A DNA stretch of 64,000 nucleotides, from positions 384,001 to 448,000 of the forward strand of contig CAWGSK010000012.1 of the NCBI GenBank assembly GCA_963825055.1. The letters are read 5' to 3'. The notes under the pieces are model-generated. The model saw nothing but the letters and a program-made list of their open reading frames with translations. It had not been told where the DNA came from and searched no databases. How positions within the stretch are numbered: position 1 is the first letter of the stretch; the number at the start of each line of letters is the position of its first letter. The translations under genes and the position numbers were made by a program. Shown here piece by piece: positions 35,536 to 44,993 of this stretch. Source of the DNA: an uncultured Gemmatimonadales bacterium (GTDB lineage Bacteria; Gemmatimonadota; Gemmatimonadetes; Gemmatimonadales; GWC2-71-9).

Positions 35536-37065
35536 TCCCGCGAATCGTGCCGACGCCGCTGTCCGGGGGCAGGGAACTTCCCCCCGAACGGTCCGGCGGG
35601 GGACTCGATGACGGCGTGCTGGAGGCCATGGTGGTCCCGGGTGGCGCGACGGACCTGCTGGCTCCCCTCCGTGAACCGGATGTGCTCGTCGTGACGACCG
35701 GCCAGCAGCCGGGCCTGCTCACCGGGCCGCTCTATACCATCCACAAGGCCCTCTCCGCGGCCGCCCTCGCCTCGCACCTCTCCGCACGATGGGAACGCAG
35801 GGTGGTGCCGGTGTTCTGGATCGCGGGGGACGACCATGACTTCGCCGAGGCCAATCACGCGAGCTGGCTCGACCCGGACGGGGTGGTCCGGACGGCCGTG
35901 CTGCGTGAGCGGGATTCAGAGGCACCGCTCGTGCCGATGTACCGTGAGCAGCTGGGTGGGGACATCGATCGCGTGCTGGACGAGCTTGCCACCGACCTCC
36001 CGCGGTCCGAATTCCGGGATGACGCGCTGGCGTGGCTCCGGCGCCATTACCGGCCTGACGCAACGATGGCAGGGGCCTTCGCTCATGCGCTGGCCGAGCT
36101 CCTGGCGCCCTTCGGCATTGTCTGCTTCGACAGCACCCATCCCGCCGCAAAACGGGCGATGGCCCGTCACATCGCGCGCGCCATCGGCCTCTCCCGCGAC
36201 CTCCAGGCAGACCTCGCGGCCCGCGACCGGGACCTGAAGGCGGTCGGGCACGACGCGGGCGTCGGTGTGAGTGGGGACGCGACGCTGGTCATGCTCGAAG
36301 CGGGGCAGGGCCGGGACCGCCTCGTCATGGACGGAACGGAGTTCGTGACGCGGCGGAGCGGCGAACGCTTCGGGCGCGCCGATCTCGAAGCCCTTCTCGC
36401 CGAGGCGCCGGAGAGATTCAGTGGGAACGTGCTGCTTCGTCCCGTGCTCGAGAGCGCGATCCTGCCGACGGCGGCCTACGTGGCCGGACCTGGGGAACTG
36501 CGCTATCTCGCGTTGACCCCGCCGGTATACGACCGGCTCAGGATTCCCCGCCAGGCCCCGGTGGCCCGGTGGTCGGGGCTGCTCGTCCCGTCCCGGGTGG
36601 ACCGGGCGCTCGTGAAGTTTGACGCGTCGCTGGATGATCTGCTGGCGGACGACCACGCGCTCGAGGCACAGGATTGCGCGCGCGCATCTTCCCGCCGAAG
36701 CGATCGCGGCACTCGAGAAGATCCGGGCCACCCTGCGCGCGGAATACGATCGCCTGGATCAGCTCACCGCCGGAATCGATCCCACCATGCAGGAGCCGGT
36801 GCGGAAGGCGCTGCGGCACGGCCTCACCGAGGCCGACCGTCTAGAGGAGCGCCTGGTCCAGCACCAGAAGGTGCGCCACGACATCGAGCTCAGCCAGGTC
36901 ACCCGGGCCCGGGCCATTGTCCATCCCCTCGGCAAGCCGCAGGAGCGTGTCCTCGGGGTCGCGCCTTTCCTGGCGCGCTACGGTCCCGCGCTGCTCGAGG
37001 GGCTCTCCGAAGCCATTCACCAGTGGTACGGTGCCGCCCTTGTTGGCGGCGCGTCCCCGTCCTAG
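35532..37065 (+). pseudogene. bshC: Bacillithiol biosynthesis cysteine-adding enzyme BshC, split by a +1 frameshift near 36672 (possibly a sequencing error)
   Basis: VTTGQQPGLLTGPLYTIHKA, PVFWIAGDDHDFAE, SGNVLLRP and YVAGPGELRY in frame 1; the C-terminal PLGKPQERV lies in the next frame, ending at 37065. Confidence 0.88.
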
Positions 37066-37074
37066 ACTCGACAT

Positions 37075-37353
37075 ATGTGGATCATCGGCATTCTCATCCT
37101 CGTGGCACTCCTGATCCCGTTTGTGAGCATCGTGATCGACTCGCCCATCGGTCGCGCGCTCGCGCGTCGCCTGGAGGGCCCGGAGCCGGCCGACCACGAC
37201 GTGGTCGAGCTGGGCAAGAAGGTCGAACTGCTGGAGGGTGAGGTGGATGACCTGATGCGGCTGGTCCAGGGGCTGCAGGAGGAGACGGCCTTCCTGCAGC
37301 GGCTGATCGAGGACGCCCCGCCGCGCTCCCAGCTACCGCCGCCCGCCCACTGA
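37075..37353 (+). CDS. Small membrane-anchored coiled-coil hypothetical protein
   Basis: N-terminal TM helix, DSPIGRALARRLE and a coiled-coil C-terminus; typical GC3 codon bias. Confidence 0.75.
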   Translation: MWIIGILILVALLIPFVSIVIDSPIGRALARRLEGPEPADHDVVELGKKVELLEGEVDDLMRLVQGLQEETAFLQRLIEDAPPRSQLPPPAH

Positions 37354-38927
37354 GTACGTCGAGGCCAGCCCGCCGGCCTGCTGTGATGGTGGCCACGGGC
37401 ATCCTGCTGAGCCGGATCCTCGGCCTCGTCCGGCAGCGCGTCTTCGGACACTTCCTCGGGACGTCCGACGCGGCCGACGCCTTCACCGCGGCATTCCGGA
37501 TTCCCAACCTCCTCCAGAACCTGTTCGGCGAGGGCGTGCTGTCCGCGTCCTTCATTCCGGTCTACGCCCGGCTGCTGGGCGAAGAACGACAGGAGGAGGC
37601 CGACCAGCTGGCCGGCGCCGTGGTGGCGGTTCTCGCGCTGGTCAGCGCGCTGCTCGTGCTCGTCGGGCTCCTTGCGGCACCCCTGCTGGTGGACGTCATC
37701 GCTCCGGGGTTCAGTGGCGACAAGCGCGTCCAGACCATCCTGCTGGTCCGGATCCTGTTCCCGGGCGGTGCCTTCCTCGCGCTCTCCGCGTGGTGCCTGG
37801 GCATTCTCAACAGCCATCGCCGTTTCCTGCTCAGCTATGCGGCCCCGGTCGCCTGGAACCTGGCGATCATCGCGGGGCTTCTGCTGTACGGCGGCCGGGT
37901 CGGGCCGTACCGCCTTGTGGTCATCACGGCCTGGGCGTCGGTCATCGGGAGCGCGCTGCAGTTTGTTGTGCAGCTCCCCGTGGTGCTCCAGGTCGGTGGA
38001 CGCATCCGTCTCGCGCTCCGGGGCGCGGGGACCCACCTCAGGACCGTGGTGGTGAACTTCGTACCCGTGTTCATCGGGCGCGGGGTGTTCCAGGTGAGTG
38101 CATTCATCGACACGATACTGGCGAGCCTGCTCCCGGGCGGGGCCGTGGCCAGCCTGGCATACGCCCAGACCATCTACATGCTGCCGGTCAGCCTGTTCGG
38201 CATGTCGGTGTCGGCCGCCGAGCTTCCGGCCATGTCGCGCGACACCGCAGGCGGTGCGGTGGCCGAAGCGCTTCAGCGGCGGCTCAACAGCGGGCTCCGC
38301 AACATCGCGTTCTTCGTCATTCCCTCGGCGGTTGCGTTCGTGGCGCTGGGCGACCAGCTCGCCGGACTCATCTACCAGTCCGGCGCGTTCACCGGGGACG
38401 ACGCGCGGTATGTCTGGGCGATCCTGGCCGGGGCCGCCGTCGGGCTGCCCGCCGCCACGATGGGGCGGCTGTATTCCTCCGCCTGGTACGCGCTGCAGGA
38501 TACCCGGACGCCCCTTCGCTATGCGATTGTCCGGGTCGTCCTGACAGTCATTCTCGGCGTGCTCCTGGCATTCCCGGTCCCGGCCCTGCTGGGTCTCGCG
38601 CCGCGCTGGGGCGCGGCCGGCCTCACGGCCTCGGCCGGGGTGGCAGCGTGGGTCGAGTTCACGCTGCTGCGGCGGGGGCTCAACCGGCGCGTGGGCCCGA
38701 CCGGCCTCCCCGTTAGATTCCTCCTCCAGGTGTGGGGCGCGGCGCTGCTGGCCGCGGGTGCAGGGTGGGCGGCCCGATTGTCGGTGGATGCCGGGCATCC
38801 CGCCCTCCGCGCCCTCCTCCTGCTCGGCGTCTTCGGGGTGGCCTACCTGGCCCTGGCCTGGATACTGGGCCTTCCGGAAGCGCGGAATATGCGCTCCCGC
38901 ATTTTCCCGACCGGCGGGAACCGCTGA
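37350..38927 (+). CDS. murJ: Lipid II flippase MurJ (start CTG 37350 or GTG/ATG 37383/37386)
   Basis: LSRILGLVRQ, AFRIPNLLQNLFGEGVLSASFIPVY and YALQDTRTP. Confidence 0.94.
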   Translation: MSTSRPARRPAVMVATGILLSRILGLVRQRVFGHFLGTSDAADAFTAAFRIPNLLQNLFGEGVLSASFIPVYARLLGEERQEEADQLAGAVVAVLALVSALLVLVGLLAAPLLVDVIAPGFSGDKRVQTILLVRILFPGGAFLALSAWCLGILNSHRRFLLSYAAPVAWNLAIIAGLLLYGGRVGPYRLVVITAWASVIGSALQFVVQLPVVLQVGGRIRLALRGAGTHLRTVVVNFVPVFIGRGVFQVSAFIDTILASLLPGGAVASLAYAQTIYMLPVSLFGMSVSAAELPAMSRDTAGGAVAEALQRRLNSGLRNIAFFVIPSAVAFVALGDQLAGLIYQSGAFTGDDARYVWAILAGAAVGLPAATMGRLYSSAWYALQDTRTPLRYAIVRVVLTVILGVLLAFPVPALLGLAPRWGAAGLTASAGVAAWVEFTLLRRGLNRRVGPTGLPVRFLLQVWGAALLAAGAGWAARLSVDAGHPALRALLLLGVFGVAYLALAWILGLPEARNMRSRIFPTGGNR

Positions 38928-38961
38928 CGGTTGTTCCTACGTGAATGCAGACCGGCCTGAC

Positions 38962-40776
38962 ATGACCTCCCCCGTATCCGACGCCCTCCAGCGGAAGCTC
39001 GACACCCTGCCCGACGGGCCGGGGGTCTACCTGTGGAAGGATGCCGCGGGCGGGGTGCTCTACGTGGGGAAGGCCAAAAACCTGCGGAGCCGGGCGAGGA
39101 ACTACTTCGCCACCGATCACTCCGCCAGCCCCAAGAACCAGTACCTCGTCCGGCTGATCCAGGACATCGACACGATCGTGGTACCGAGCGACTCGCAGGC
39201 GCTCCTGCTCGAGAACAACCTGATCAAGGAGTACCAGCCGCGCTTCAACGTCCGGCTCAAGGACGACAAGAGCTACCCGTCCATTGCGGTCACCCTGGGG
39301 GAGCCGTTCCCGCGGGTGCTGGTGACCCGCCGTCGGAACATCCGCGGCGCCCGCTACTTCGGCCCGTACACCGACGTGGCGGACATGCGGCGGATGCTGG
39401 CGCTGGTCCGCCGGATCTTCACCGTGCGCAGCTGCAGCGACGACATTCCCCGGGAACGGCGCGAGCGGCCCTGTCTGGACTATCATATCGGCCGCTGTCT
39501 CGCCCCCTGTGTCGGCTGGCAGGAGGAGACCGGTTATCGGGCGATGATCGCCGATGTCCTCCGCGTGCTCGAAGGCCGGACGGGTGACGTGCGCGACCAG
39601 GTGCGCGAGATGATGCTCGCGGCCAGCGACCGCCAGGATTTCGAGCGGGCTCGCGAGCTGCGCGACACCCTGCGCTGGCTTGACCAGCTCGAGGCGCCCG
39701 GCCCGGTCGAGGCCATCGGGGGTGAGGACGCCGACGTGATCGGCTTCGTCCGGGACGGGGACGACGCGGTCGGCGTCCTCGTGCGCGTGCGGGACGGGAA
39801 AATGGTGGCCCGGGAACACCGCTTCCTGGAGAACCTCGGGGAGGAATCCGAGGCCGCGATCCTGAATGCCTTCCTCGTGCGCTATTACGTCCCGGCGGTA
39901 GACCGGGCACGGCGGGTCCTGCTGCCGTTCCCCACGGATGAACTCGAGACCCTGCGCGAGCTGCTGCCCGGCACGGAGTGGGTCGTGCCGCAGCGGGGCA
40001 AAGGGCATCACCTGGTGGTGCTGGCCGACCAGAACGCCCGGCACCTGATGGAAAGCCTGCGCCTGGAGTCGTTCGAGACGGAGGAGCGCGCGGAAGACCC
40101 GGTGTATGCCCTGGGCCGAGACCTCGGGCTGTCGATCGTGCCCCGGAGCCTCATCTGCATCGACATCTCCACCAGTCAGGGGCGCGATACCGTCGGCTCC
40201 CTCGTCTGGTTCGAGGCGGGGCGTCCGAAGAAGGCCGAGTACCGGAAGTTCCGTATCAAGGGGCCGGGGCAGCAGGACGACTTCGCCGCCATCTCGGAAG
40301 TCGTGACCCGCTATTTCACCCGCCGGCGCGAGGAGGACAAGCCGCTGCCGGACCTGGTCGTGATCGACGGCGGCAAGGGACAGCTCGGGGCGGCGGGACA
40401 GGCCCTCGGTACGCTGGGACTCGGCGAACTCCCGCTCATCAGCCTCGCCAAGCGCGAGGAAGAGGTCTTCCTCCCCGGCCGGAGCGAAAGCCTCCGCCTT
40501 CCGCGGCGAAGCCCCGGTCTCCGACTGCTGCAGCGCGCGCGGGACGAGGCCCATCGGTTCGGGGTCGCCTACAACCGGAAGCGCCGGACCCAGCGGACCA
40601 TCACCAGTGAACTCCTCGATATTCCCGGTGTGGGCCCGGAGCGCCGCCGCCGCCTGCTGGAACGTTTCGGCAGCCTGGCCGGTGTGCGCTCCGCGACAGC
40701 GCCGGAACTGGCGAGCGTCCCGGGATTCAGCACCGCGCTCGCGGAGCGCATTCTCAATCACCTGCGCGGGACGTGA
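38962..40776 (+). CDS. uvrC: Excinuclease ABC subunit C
   Basis: GIY-YIG (PGVYLWK..LYVGKAKNL), Cys cluster, UVR, PDLVVIDGGKGQL, RDEAHRF and HhH. Confidence 0.97.
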   Translation: MTSPVSDALQRKLDTLPDGPGVYLWKDAAGGVLYVGKAKNLRSRARNYFATDHSASPKNQYLVRLIQDIDTIVVPSDSQALLLENNLIKEYQPRFNVRLKDDKSYPSIAVTLGEPFPRVLVTRRRNIRGARYFGPYTDVADMRRMLALVRRIFTVRSCSDDIPRERRERPCLDYHIGRCLAPCVGWQEETGYRAMIADVLRVLEGRTGDVRDQVREMMLAASDRQDFERARELRDTLRWLDQLEAPGPVEAIGGEDADVIGFVRDGDDAVGVLVRVRDGKMVAREHRFLENLGEESEAAILNAFLVRYYVPAVDRARRVLLPFPTDELETLRELLPGTEWVVPQRGKGHHLVVLADQNARHLMESLRLESFETEERAEDPVYALGRDLGLSIVPRSLICIDISTSQGRDTVGSLVWFEAGRPKKAEYRKFRIKGPGQQDDFAAISEVVTRYFTRRREEDKPLPDLVVIDGGKGQLGAAGQALGTLGLGELPLISLAKREEEVFLPGRSESLRLPRRSPGLRLLQRARDEAHRFGVAYNRKRRTQRTITSELLDIPGVGPERRRRLLERFGSLAGVRSATAPELASVPGFSTALAERILNHLRGT

Positions 40777-41972
40777 TGCCCTCCGCGCCTTCCGGAAACG
40801 CCATGGACTGGATTCTCGAATGCCCGGGCTGCGGCAGCACGCGCGGCCCGGAAGGCATGCCCACCATCTGCGAGTGCGGACAGCCGTGGCTGGTCCGCTA
40901 CCCCGGACGATCCCATCCCGTGACCGAGCGCGCCGAGGTGCGCCGACGTCACGGCATGTGGCGCTACCGGAGCTTCCTGCCCCTGGCGGAAGGGGAAGAG
41001 CCCGTGACCCTCGGGGAAGGGGATACGCCGCTCCTCCCGGTGCCCCGGACAGCCGAGGCCCTGGGACTCGTGGATCTCTGGATAAAGGACGAGGCAGCCA
41101 ATCCCACGGGCTCGTTCAAGGCCCGGGGACTCTCGGCCGCCATCACGCGGGCCACAGCGGCCGGCTGCCGGTCTTTCGTGATCCCCACCGCCGGGAACGC
41201 AGGGGTCGCCGCCTCGGCCTACGCGGCCCGCGCCGGGGTCCGTGTGCGGGTCTTTGCCCCTGAATGGACTCCAGCCACCATCCTGGCCCAGATCAAGACG
41301 TTCGGTGGTGAACTTGTCCTGATAAGTGGACATATTGGCGACTGTGGAAAGGCGGCGAGGGACTACGCAGCCGCCGAGGGAGCAATGGACCTCTCGACCC
41401 TGAAGGAGCCCTATCGGATAGAAGGAAAGAAGACCCTGGGTCTTGAACTGGCCCTCCAGTACGGCTGGGAACTGCCGGGAGCCATCATTTATCCAACTGG
41501 CGGCGGGACGGGCCTGATCGGCATGTGGAAGGCATTTGGTGAGCTGATCGAGGCCGGCTGGGTCGCAGGGGTGCCCCCCCGGATGTTCTCGGTGCAGGCT
41601 GAGGGATGTGCGCCGATCGTCCGCGGGTACATGGCGGGTGCAGAGGGGGCGGAGCCCTGGGAGAATCCGGTAACGGCAGCGAGCGGCCTGCGGGTTCCGA
41701 AGGCGCTCGGGGACAAGTTGATTCTCGCGGCCATCCGCGAGAGCGGAGGAGGGGCCGTGGCGGTATCGGAAGACGAGCTGGCCCGGTCCGCCCGCGAGAC
41801 GACGCGGCGCGAGGGCATCGACATGAGCCCGGAAGGCGGAGCCGCGCTCGCGGGAGCCGTAAAACTGGTTGAGCAGGGCATGCTTTCCCCCGAGGAGCGG
41901 GTCGTGGTGTTCAATACCGGCGCCGGCTGGCTGTACCGCCAGCCGACCGCCTTGTCGCCCCGTCCGTCCTGA
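40773..41972 (+). CDS. thrC: Threonine synthase (fold II PLP enzyme); start could be 40803
   Basis: LGEGDTPL, NPTGSFKARG, AGNAG, EPYRIEGKKT and PTGGGTG. Confidence 0.88.
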   Translation: MMPSAPSGNAMDWILECPGCGSTRGPEGMPTICECGQPWLVRYPGRSHPVTERAEVRRRHGMWRYRSFLPLAEGEEPVTLGEGDTPLLPVPRTAEALGLVDLWIKDEAANPTGSFKARGLSAAITRATAAGCRSFVIPTAGNAGVAASAYAARAGVRVRVFAPEWTPATILAQIKTFGGELVLISGHIGDCGKAARDYAAAEGAMDLSTLKEPYRIEGKKTLGLELALQYGWELPGAIIYPTGGGTGLIGMWKAFGELIEAGWVAGVPPRMFSVQAEGCAPIVRGYMAGAEGAEPWENPVTAASGLRVPKALGDKLILAAIRESGGGAVAVSEDELARSARETTRREGIDMSPEGGAALAGAVKLVEQGMLSPEERVVVFNTGAGWLYRQPTALSPRPS

Positions 41973-42017
41973 CCGCCCGGTTGGTGGTGGGGTGGGGCGG
42001 GGCCATATTTCAAGGCT

Positions 42018-43286
42018 ATGATCCCCGACCGTTTTGCCATCCTGGATCCGGCCGCCGGCATCAGCGGCGACATGGTGCTCGGCGCACTGGTCGATGTTGG
42101 CCTGCCAACAGACTGGCTGGCTGATTTGCCGGCCCGACTCAGCCTGGATGGCGTTTCGATCCGGGTCGAACGGGTTATGCGGTGCCGGGTGGCCTCGACC
42201 AAGGTGCACGTGATGCTGCCCGGTGGCGTGGTGGAGCAGCCGGCGGAGGCAGTCCAAGGCGCGCATGGGCACGGCCATCATCACGGGGAGGGTGACGGAC
42301 CTCACAGACAGGTTGGGGAGCTCATCACCATCATCCGCCGCGCCGCGCTCTCGCCGTGGGTGACGGAACGGGCCGTTCAGGCCTTCCAGTTGCTCGCGGA
42401 AGCGGAAGGCCGGGTTCACGGCATGCCACCTGCAGAAGTGACTCTGCATGAGGTCGGCGCGTGGGACGCGCTGGTGGACATCGTTGGTGCTGTGGGAGGA
42501 TTCGAGGCGCTGGGGCTCCAGCGGATTTACCATAGGCCGGTCGCCATCGGATCAGGATGGATCCGGGCCGCGCACGGGATCCTGCCGGTACCGGCGCCCG
42601 CCACGACCCACCTCCTGGAAGGTCTCGAGATCGCGCCTGACGGACCGGTGAGCGGCGAAGCGGCGACACCGACTGGCGTTGCGCTCCTGCGGGTGCTGAG
42701 TCAAGGGGAACCCCCGGCACGATGGCGGATCGTGCGAAGCGGGTGGGGAGCTGGCGGGCGGGACCCGCACGAGTATCCCAATGCGTTGCGGCTGATGGTG
42801 GCGGAGTCGGTGCGTGAGGCCGCGGAGGTCGTGGTGGTGGCGACGGACATGGACGACCTGGCGCCCGAGTACCTGCCCCCGCTGCGTGACGCCCTTGAGG
42901 CAGCCGGCGCGCTGGACGTCCAGACCTGGCCGACGCACGGCAAGAAGGGCCGGACCGGGTTTCGCCTGGAGGTGACGGTCGGCCGTGACGGAGAAGCCGC
43001 GGTCACCGAGGCACTCTTCCGCCACAGCACGACGGCGGGCGTGAGGCGCTGGATCGCGGAGCGGGTCACGCTTGCGCGCCGCGAGTTGGAGGTGAAGGCC
43101 GAGGACGGCACGATGGTCCGGGTGAAGGTGCTCGACGGTCCGGACGGGCCACGGGTCAAGCCCGAGTATGATGACATTCGCGCTCTGGCGGCCAGACTGG
43201 GCCGGCCGGCGCATGAGATAGCGGACGAGATCAAACAGCGGGCCGGCGAGCTGCTCCGGGAGCAGCACGGTCGCGCTTCATTCTGA
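42018..43286 (+). CDS. larC: Nickel insertion protein LarC family
   Basis: AGISGDMVLGAL, His-rich loop, LHEVGAWDALVD, PVPAPAT, TPTG, KKGRTG and KPEYDD. Confidence 0.9.
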   Translation: MIPDRFAILDPAAGISGDMVLGALVDVGLPTDWLADLPARLSLDGVSIRVERVMRCRVASTKVHVMLPGGVVEQPAEAVQGAHGHGHHHGEGDGPHRQVGELITIIRRAALSPWVTERAVQAFQLLAEAEGRVHGMPPAEVTLHEVGAWDALVDIVGAVGGFEALGLQRIYHRPVAIGSGWIRAAHGILPVPAPATTHLLEGLEIAPDGPVSGEAATPTGVALLRVLSQGEPPARWRIVRSGWGAGGRDPHEYPNALRLMVAESVREAAEVVVVATDMDDLAPEYLPPLRDALEAAGALDVQTWPTHGKKGRTGFRLEVTVGRDGEAAVTEALFRHSTTAGVRRWIAERVTLARRELEVKAEDGTMVRVKVLDGPDGPRVKPEYDDIRALAARLGRPAHEIADEIKQRAGELLREQHGRASF

Positions 43287-43300
43287 ACAAGGGAGAAGGG

Positions 43301-44773
43301 ATGATCAAGGGACTCTGGGTGGGCCTTGTGGTCGGCATGGTTGCCGCGCCGCTGAACGCCCCCCTGGCGGCGCAGGCGCAGCGGGACAGTGCGACCACGC
43401 TGGTGGCGATGGTCCAGCAGGCGCAGCCGCAGCGCTACGAGCCGATCGACTGCCTGGGTGACGGTCACTTCAAGGTGAGCAGTGCCAAGACGACGGTGAA
43501 GTCGGCGCTGGAGGCCAGCAACAAGGCTGCGGTGCCCGGGATGCTGGAGCGCGCCCGGCGGGTCGTGACGGAGGCCATCAGCCAGAACGGCCAGGACGTG
43601 AATCCGGCCGCGTGGTACTGGCTCGGACGCATCTACCTGTACGAGGGTGACCTCGGCGGTGCGGATTCGGCGCTGAGCAGGGCGGGACAACTGGCCGAGC
43701 CGGCTTGCGCGAAAGAGATGAACCTCATCCGCATTACCACCGCGAACGCGCTCCTGCGCCCGGGGCTCGACCTCATGCAGGCGGGCCAGGCCGATTCTGC
43801 CACCAGGGTGCTCAAACTCGCGTTGCACTTCTATGGCGACACGCCGTCACCGTATGCATTCAGTACGCTCGGCGGGTACTACTACAACACGAAAAAAATG
43901 CTGGACAGCGCGGCCTTCTACTTTGCGAAGGCGGTCGACGCCTCAGGGAAGGACACGCTCTTCCGCGAGGTGCGGGAGAGCTCACAGTTCAACCTCGCCG
44001 TGGCGCTCCAGAACAACAACCAGGATGCCGAGGCGGCCGCGGCGTACAACAAGTTCCTGACGATGAAGCCGAACGATCTCGAAGCCATGAAGGGGCTGGC
44101 CGCGGCGCTTCGCTCCGCGGGCCAGACCGACAGCGCCCAGGTCATCGAGAAGAAGCTGCTGGACATCCCCGGCGGCGAGCAGGCAGGCGCCAATGCCGAG
44201 GCGGTGACCACGGTCGACATTTTCAACCTGGGCGTCAGCGCTTTCCAGGACAGCAACTACGCGGATGCCGTCAAGGCCTTCAAGCAGGTGCTCGAGCGGG
44301 AACCGAACAACCTGGATGCCGAGCGGAACCTGGCCTTCTCCTATGTCCAGCTGAAGGACGGCGCGCAGCTGCTGCCGGTCGCCAAGCGGATGTATGAGCG
44401 CGAGCCGCTCAACGAGACCACCGTCCGCCTCCTGGCCAATGCGTACGGCATGACGGGGAAGAGCGACCAGCAGGTCTCCCTCGCGGAGAAACTGGTCCAG
44501 ATGCCCGTGACGATCACGATCCAGACCTTCAAGCCCACGCCCGCGGGGGCCAGCCTCCAGGGTGAGTCCACGGGCCGCGCCGCGACCAACCTGGCCGGGA
44601 AAGCCGTCGCGCCGAAGGGGCTGACGCTCTCGTTCGAGTTCCTGAACGACGCGGGTACGGTGGTCACCACGAAGGAAGTCGTCGTGCCCGCGCTCGCGAA
44701 GGGAGCGGCGGAGCCGATCGCCATCGAGGTCCAGGGGGAGGGGATCACCGGCTTCCGGTATCACCAGAAGTAG
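43301..44773 (+). CDS. Secreted TPR-repeat protein with C-terminal beta domain
   Basis: Signal peptide (..PLAAQAQ), TPR-like helices (AAWYWLGRIY, FNLGVSAF..YADAVKAFKQVL) and GGGAG SD. Confidence 0.8.
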   Translation: MIKGLWVGLVVGMVAAPLNAPLAAQAQRDSATTLVAMVQQAQPQRYEPIDCLGDGHFKVSSAKTTVKSALEASNKAAVPGMLERARRVVTEAISQNGQDVNPAAWYWLGRIYLYEGDLGGADSALSRAGQLAEPACAKEMNLIRITTANALLRPGLDLMQAGQADSATRVLKLALHFYGDTPSPYAFSTLGGYYYNTKKMLDSAAFYFAKAVDASGKDTLFREVRESSQFNLAVALQNNNQDAEAAAAYNKFLTMKPNDLEAMKGLAAALRSAGQTDSAQVIEKKLLDIPGGEQAGANAEAVTTVDIFNLGVSAFQDSNYADAVKAFKQVLEREPNNLDAERNLAFSYVQLKDGAQLLPVAKRMYEREPLNETTVRLLANAYGMTGKSDQQVSLAEKLVQMPVTITIQTFKPTPAGASLQGESTGRAATNLAGKAVAPKGLTLSFEFLNDAGTVVTTKEVVVPALAKGAAEPIAIEVQGEGITGFRYHQK

Positions 44774-44779
44774 GCCTGT

Positions 44780-44807
44780 CGGGACGGCGGCGTGCGCCGC
44801 CGTCCCG
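44780..44807 (+). terminator. Hairpin after the TPR gene
   Basis: Perfect 12-bp stem CGGGACGGCGGC/GCCGCCGTCCCG with a 4-nt loop. Confidence 0.6.
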
Positions 44808-44819
44808 GGTTCAGGCCGC

Positions 44820-44849
44820 TTGACAATCGCCCGGAGGACCGGGGATATT
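44820..44849 (+). promoter_or_regulatory. Promoter for tRNA-Gly
   Basis: TTGACA (44820-44825), 18 nt spacer, GATATT (44844-44849). Confidence 0.6.
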
Positions 44850-44860
44850 CCCCGCACTCT

Positions 44861-44932
<72 letters not shown>

Positions 44933-44943
44933 CTCGACACACT

Positions 44944-44978
44944 GACGCCCCCCGCCGCCATGCGCGACGGGGGGCGTC
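44944..44978. terminator. Hairpin between the convergent tRNA-Gly and acg genes
   Basis: GACGCCCCCCG/CGGGGGGCGTC stem. Confidence 0.6.
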
Positions 44979-44993
44979 GTGCGTCCGACGGCC

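Noticed and set aside
36695..37241. Arg-rich tail of the 569 aa ORF as a real BshC extension, or a programmed frameshift
   Set aside because: It is out-of-frame read-through after the indel, with no slippery sequence or stimulatory element.
41978..42002. G-run cluster (GGTGGTGGGGTGGGGCGGGG) upstream of larC as a G-quadruplex
   Set aside because: Only three long G-runs in a very GC-rich genome; not distinguishable from chance by eye.
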